DNA of 64,000 nucleotides from Nannocystis bainbridge (GTDB lineage Bacteria; Myxococcota_A; Polyangia; Nannocystales; Nannocystaceae): NCBI RefSeq assembly GCF_028368995.1, contig NZ_JAQNDL010000003.1:2240001-2304000 (forward strand), in the 5' to 3' direction. Below the pieces are notes generated by a model, which was not told the origin of the DNA, ran no database searches, and was given only the letters and a program-made list of their open reading frames with translations. The position numbers and the translations under genes are program-made. Each line of letters begins with the position of its first letter. Positions within the stretch are counted from its first letter, which is position 1. Positions 59,007 to 64,000 of the stretch are shown here, piece after piece.

Positions 59007-59939
59007 GACAGTGCCGCCATACGCCGAAACAGCGGTCCGCAGCAAGGGCCGAGCGTTCGCCATTTTTGTATGCTCGATCGCAAGAGTTTCACTGCGACGC
59101 AACGCTTTGAACCAAAGCCGCGACCCGCAAACCATGAAGTCCGTTGCATGCTGCTGCAACGACCCGCTGCGAACACGACCTCGGCCGTGACGCACGAGCG
59201 GCGCGGCCGCCATGCAGCGACACCGACCGGCGCTTCCTTCTCTTCGCGGATCCGCGTCGAGGCGTCCGGCCCATGCCCGGCTCGGCGCACGCCGTCGCGT
59301 CGCTCAGGTTCTTGCCGAGCCCGAGCTTGATCGCGAAATCTCCTCGCCAGCCCGGCGCTGCCCGGGTGAGCCGCTCGTGATCGATCTCCCGGCCTCCGCC
59401 CTGCTCAGGCATGTCGTCCCCGGCAGGCGCGCACGCACCGCCCCACCAATCCGTGCTGGTCGCATCGTTCAGCATCGCCAGGGCGGCGCTCCGAACCCAC
59501 GGACCCGCTCATCCGCGGCTTCGGTCCCGCGACCTGGCAGCGCGGTCATCTATACGTTCGATGCCTCGACACCTCCGCAGCGATACGACCTGGCACCGTA
59601 ACCTTTGAGCTTTTGTCGCGACACGGCCGCCCGCGAACGCGGACGCGAAGCGCCCAGGAGGCCGCCCGGGCCCTCCTGGCGGGCATCTGCGACATTTCCG
59701 CCGCGTCACGTGTCGCGCGTTATCGCCCGCCAATGGCGGCTGTTTCGCGCCGGCCGTCGGCTGCAGGGTGCTCACCCGACGGACCGGGCGGACCCGCCTC
59801 GCGGTTCGTACTACCAGCAATGACCCCCATTGGCGGCAGTCCAAGTCTGCGATCAACACCGGGTGCGCGGCCCGTTGCACCTGCATGGACCGGTTGCAGC
59901 GCGTTGCGCGGTCGCGCACCTCGCTGGTATCTTCATGGC

Positions 59940-62162
59940 ATGCGATGGTCCCCCCACCTCGTCGCCCTCCTGTTTGCGTCCGCGTGTGGTTTTGAAGAAG
60001 ACGGCTCGTCTGCCTCTCAGGGCGGCGGGAACGGCGATGGAACCACCACCACCACCACCACCGGCGAGCCGACCACCGGCGCCGAACTACCCCCGGGTTT
60101 TTGGCCTGGCGTCGCCTGCGCCCCTGCTGCCGAGGAGCAGGAGTCCGGGCCGAAGATCTATTTCGACCTCGACGCCGGCAAGCTCGCCGGCCGCGATTTT
60201 TTCCGCCTGCCGTTCCCGCTCGACGCGCGTCGGCGCGGCGGCGGCATCGACCTCACCGGCTTTCCGAGCCCGCCGCCCGAGCTCGACCCCGCCTTTGGCA
60301 ACGTCGTCGGCCGCTGGTTGACCATGCTGCGGTCCGACGCCGCCGGCTTCGCCGTCAACAGCGCCATCCTCTTTCGCAGCACCCACGGCCTCGGCTCGCC
60401 GCAGGGCATCTCGATCGTCAACATCGACCCGGGCCACCCCGACTACGGCAAGAAGCTCGAGGGCCTGTCGTACAGCGCCAAGAACGGCGACACCAGCGGC
60501 AACAACTATATCTGCCGCAACTGGCTCGCCGTCGAGACCATCGACGGCGTCCCGCTCGCGCCCGACACCACCTACGCGGTGCTGATCACCGACGACCTGC
60601 GCACCGTCGACGGCGAGCGGCTCAGCCCCGATGCTGACTTTTCGGCCATGCTCCAAGGGACAGCCCCGAGCAGCGGCGCGCGCAAGGCCGCGTGGGACAC
60701 CTTCGCCCCGCTGCGCCAGTTCCTCGGCAGCGCCGAGAACCAGGCCGGCGAGAACGTCCAGGCCGGCCGCCTGGTCGGCGGCAGCGTGTTCACCACCGCC
60801 GCCAACACCGAGGTCCTCGCCGGCGCCCGCGCGGCCGCGCGAGCCGCCCCGCTCTACGTCTCCGACCTCCACCTGTGCCAGGCCGCCGGCCCGAGCCCGT
60901 GCTCCGAGTTCGTCGGCCTGACCGCCGAGGAGCGAGCCGAGCGCGAGTGCGGCGCGCCGTCGCCCGATCATCTCGAGGTGCACGGCCGCGTGCGCCTGCC
61001 GATCTTCCAGGAGGGCATCCCGCCGTACGCCGAGATCGGCGGCCGCATCGACATCGAGGCCGGCGCGCCGGTCCAGCGCACCAGCGTCGACGCCTGCTTC
61101 AGCGTGACCCTCCCGGCCGGCCCGCCGCCCGAAGCCGGCTGGCCGGCGCTGGTCTACGCCCACGGCACCGGCGGCGGCTTCCGCAGCCCGCTGATCGACG
61201 GCACCGCCCGCGCCCTGGCCGGCCGCGGCTTCGCCACCATCGCCCTCGAGGGCGTGATGCACGGCGAGCGCCGCAACGACAGCGACGACGACGGCGAGGT
61301 CGAGGGCCTCGACGTCGATCAATTGGTGTTCAACGTCCGCAACCCCGAGTCCGCGCGCGACACGATCGTGCAGGGGGCGATCGATCAATTCACCGCGCTC
61401 CGCCTGGCGGAGGAGTGGCAAGACGAGACCCTGCTCGCCGGCCAGGTGCTGCGATTCGACGCGAGCGCGCTGTTCTTCATGGGCCACAGCCAGGGCGCCA
61501 ATTCAGGCGCGCTGTTCCTGCCGTTCGAGCCGCTGGTGCGCGCCGCGGTGCTGAGCGGCGGCGGGGCCAAGCTGCCGCGCACCCTGCTCGGCAAGGAGGA
61601 GCCCAAGGTCGAAAACCCGGTCAACGGCGACTGGCTGGCCCCGCGCGAGCTGCTGCAGCTGGCGTTCCAGGAGCGCCCCGACCGCCCGCTCGACACGCCG
61701 CACCCGATGCTCATCCTGCTCAACACCTACGTCAATCGCTCCGACGCCGACAACACCGCACCGCTGATTCGTCGCCGCCCGCTCGACGGCGTCCCGGCCA
61801 AGCACGTGCTCAATTACATCGGCCACGTCGACAGCTACAGCCCGCTGCGCGCCGCCGGCAACCTCGCCATGGGCATCGCCGCGCCGATCGGCGAGCACAA
61901 CCTGTTCCCGCCGCCCTGTGATGATTACACCGACGAGAACGAGCGCATCGCCTGCGGCTGGACCGCCGGCCAATGGCTGCCCGAGGTCGACCTCCCGGCC
62001 ACCGGCAACGCCAGCGGCGGCCAGCTCACCGCCGTCACCCGTATGCTGCCCGCGCCCGCCGGCAAGGACGGTCACTACGTCGCCTTCGAACCGGCCGAGA
62101 TGACCCGCATCGCCGACTTCTTCGAGTCCGCCCTCGGCGGCGAGGTCCCGACAGTAAAATGA
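59940..62162 (+). CDS. Large alpha/beta-hydrolase lipoprotein (lipase-like)
   Basis: Lipobox ASAC; FFRLPFPLD, YAHGTGG, HGER, GHSQG nucleophile, C-terminal DGH. Confidence 0.85.
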   Translation: MRWSPHLVALLFASACGFEEDGSSASQGGGNGDGTTTTTTTGEPTTGAELPPGFWPGVACAPAAEEQESGPKIYFDLDAGKLAGRDFFRLPFPLDARRRGGGIDLTGFPSPPPELDPAFGNVVGRWLTMLRSDAAGFAVNSAILFRSTHGLGSPQGISIVNIDPGHPDYGKKLEGLSYSAKNGDTSGNNYICRNWLAVETIDGVPLAPDTTYAVLITDDLRTVDGERLSPDADFSAMLQGTAPSSGARKAAWDTFAPLRQFLGSAENQAGENVQAGRLVGGSVFTTAANTEVLAGARAAARAAPLYVSDLHLCQAAGPSPCSEFVGLTAEERAERECGAPSPDHLEVHGRVRLPIFQEGIPPYAEIGGRIDIEAGAPVQRTSVDACFSVTLPAGPPPEAGWPALVYAHGTGGGFRSPLIDGTARALAGRGFATIALEGVMHGERRNDSDDDGEVEGLDVDQLVFNVRNPESARDTIVQGAIDQFTALRLAEEWQDETLLAGQVLRFDASALFFMGHSQGANSGALFLPFEPLVRAAVLSGGGAKLPRTLLGKEEPKVENPVNGDWLAPRELLQLAFQERPDRPLDTPHPMLILLNTYVNRSDADNTAPLIRRRPLDGVPAKHVLNYIGHVDSYSPLRAAGNLAMGIAAPIGEHNLFPPPCDDYTDENERIACGWTAGQWLPEVDLPATGNASGGQLTAVTRMLPAPAGKDGHYVAFEPAEMTRIADFFESALGGEVPTVK

Positions 62163-62239
62163 GCGATTCCGCGCGAAAATAACCTCACGCGCGTTAGTTT
62201 TTATACTTTTATTGTAAGTTTTGTCGTATTCTCGACGGC

Positions 62240-63229
62240 ATGGCTTCGACGCTTTGCCGCCGAGTCTTCTGCTTCACCCTCGCCTGCGCCTGCGGTCCCC
62301 AACCCGCCGACGAGACCACCGGCACCACCGATACGCCCGGCACCACCGATACGCCGGGCCTCACCACCGGCACGACGAGCACCACCGGCGACACCACCCT
62401 CGTCGAGACAACCTCGACGGTCACCGGCAATCCCACCACCGCGCATCCCACCACCACGAGTCCCACGCTCACGACGGACAGCGACGATTCGGGCGTGACC
62501 GGCGGCGACTTCGTCATCACCCCGGACGGCGGCGGCAGCATTTGTGACGATGCGGTACGCCTCTCGCAATGCGATCCGTGGAACCAGAATTGCCCCCGCG
62601 GTGAGAAGTGCTCGCCCTCGAACCGCGGCTGCGACGAGCTCGAGATGAACCGCTGCGACGAGCTCCCGCGCCAGCCCGTCCCGGTCGGCGGCGCCTGCAC
62701 CTCCGAGAATCATCCGCTCAGCGGCCGAAACGACTGTGACATCGGCGCCACCTGCTGGTTCGTCGATCCCGCAAGCCTGACCGGGACCTGCGTCAGCCTG
62801 TGCCACGGCTCGCCCGAAGCCCCCGACTGCACCCACGTGCCTGGCACCACCTGCGTGTTCGTCCACGACAACGATTACGCCCCGCTGTGCCTGCCGACCT
62901 GCGATCCGCTCGAGAAGACCTGTCCCGCAGGACATCATTGTCACCCGACCCCGCACGCCCCCGAGGCGTTCGCCTGCATCCCCGACACCTCGGCGCCGGT
63001 CGGCGCGGCCTTCGAACCGTGCAGCACTACCAACTGCGCCCCCGGCCTGCTCTGCGCCGAGCCCGAAGCCGCCGCCGTCGAATGTGCCCCCGACACCAAT
63101 TGCTGCACCCCCCTGTGCGACCTCGACGCCCCCGCCTGCCCCGGCGCCGGCCAGTCCTGCCTGCCCTACTACGAGATCGGCCAGGCCCCCGCCGGCCTCG
63201 AGAACGTCGGCCGCTGCGCCCTGCCGTGA
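62240..63229 (+). CDS. Thr-rich, Cys-rich lipoprotein
   Basis: Lipobox ACAC; CDPWNQNCPRGEKC, CLPTCDPL, CCTPLCDL. Confidence 0.85.
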   Translation: MASTLCRRVFCFTLACACGPQPADETTGTTDTPGTTDTPGLTTGTTSTTGDTTLVETTSTVTGNPTTAHPTTTSPTLTTDSDDSGVTGGDFVITPDGGGSICDDAVRLSQCDPWNQNCPRGEKCSPSNRGCDELEMNRCDELPRQPVPVGGACTSENHPLSGRNDCDIGATCWFVDPASLTGTCVSLCHGSPEAPDCTHVPGTTCVFVHDNDYAPLCLPTCDPLEKTCPAGHHCHPTPHAPEAFACIPDTSAPVGAAFEPCSTTNCAPGLLCAEPEAAAVECAPDTNCCTPLCDLDAPACPGAGQSCLPYYEIGQAPAGLENVGRCALP

Positions 63230-63454
63230 TTCGCCCACCCATGATTCAGGCTCGCCGGCGCGAATGCCCACATCCCCGCGAGCCCACGCTACCGAGCTCC
63301 GGGCTCTCGGTCCCCACCGTCGGCGGGGCCCTCGACCTCCTCCCGCAATGAAGGGCCGCGCCCCGGCGCGCAGGTCCGCGCGTCCGGGTGGTGCGCAGGT
63401 TTTTCCGCACCGCGCGAAGTTGACTGCCGCCGGCCGCTGACCGACGATCGGTGG

Positions 63455-64000
63455 GTGCATGGCCTGCTCCGCCTCGTCCCCTGTCTCGCCCTGACCGCGT
63501 GCATCGAGCGCGCGCCTGCCTCGGAAGACAGCGACAGCGGCGGCTCGACCACGTCCCCCGTCAGCACCACCGCCGCAACCGACGACTCGGCCTCCGGCGG
63601 CACCGACGACTCGGCCTCCGGCGGCACCGACGACGCGGCCACCGACGGCGTGTCGGGCGCGCACGCGGGCCCCTGCAAGCCGATCGAGGGCAACGACTGT
63701 CCCACGGGACATGTCTGCTGTTCCGACGATCCGGCGACCGTTCAGGGCCTCCTCCCCAATTATTTTAAAATGGGCGTGGTCGACGACCAGATCGGCACCC
63801 CATTGTTCTCCGACGCCAACAACGACCGCAGCTACTGGGGTTATTGCATCGACACGAGCGAGTTCGTCAGCCCGCTCGGGAACGGCTGCCCGGTCCCGTG
63901 CAATCCGACCTGGACGTCGGAGCAGAACTCGACGATCTGCGGCGGCTCCCGGTGCTGCCCGTTCACCGCCGTCGACCCGGCCAAGGACTGCGTCGTCGAC
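63455..64000 (+). CDS. Cys-rich lipoprotein (runs off window end)
   Basis: Hand translation from GTG at 63455: VHGLLRLVPCLALTACIER, (TDDSASGG)x2, DCPTGHVCCSDDP, GCPVPCNPTW; open to 64000. Confidence 0.8.
   Translation, partial: MHGLLRLVPCLALTACIERAPASEDSDSGGSTTSPVSTTAATDDSASGGTDDSASGGTDDAATDGVSGAHAGPCKPIEGNDCPTGHVCCSDDPATVQGLLPNYFKMGVVDDQIGTPLFSDANNDRSYWGYCIDTSEFVSPLGNGCPVPCNPTWTSEQNSTICGGSRCCPFTAVDPAKDCVVD

Noticed and set aside
59089-59475. Possible small gene or remnant in the ~930-bp gap upstream of SMUG1
   Set aside because: No recognisable motif and weak codon bias; cannot be supported without a search

Overview
GC-rich myxobacterial DNA, probably Nannocystis-like (inferred from a MYXO-CTERM protein, Myxococcus Cys-rich repeats, many Thr-rich/Cys-rich lipoproteins and expanded PAS-STAS genes). 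It holds about 45 real genes; most long ORFs in the supplied track are antisense or off-frame shadows. I see no rRNA, tRNA, CRISPR, integrase or transposase. Four things stand out. (1) A 14-bp palindromic motif, TGTC-N6-GACA, occurs throughout: 27 exact copies counted by eye. It forms phased 14-bp head-to-tail arrays between genes and also sits inside coding sequences. (2) A P450 closely resembles animal CYP7 sterol 7-alpha-hydroxylases. (3) A lower-GC lipoprotein island of about 6 kb is bracketed by a duplicated gene 3' end and has no integrase. (4) A terpene synthase, PAS-STAS genes, a tandem V4R gene and mddA- and dmdB-like genes form a neighbourhood that may link volatile production and sensing.
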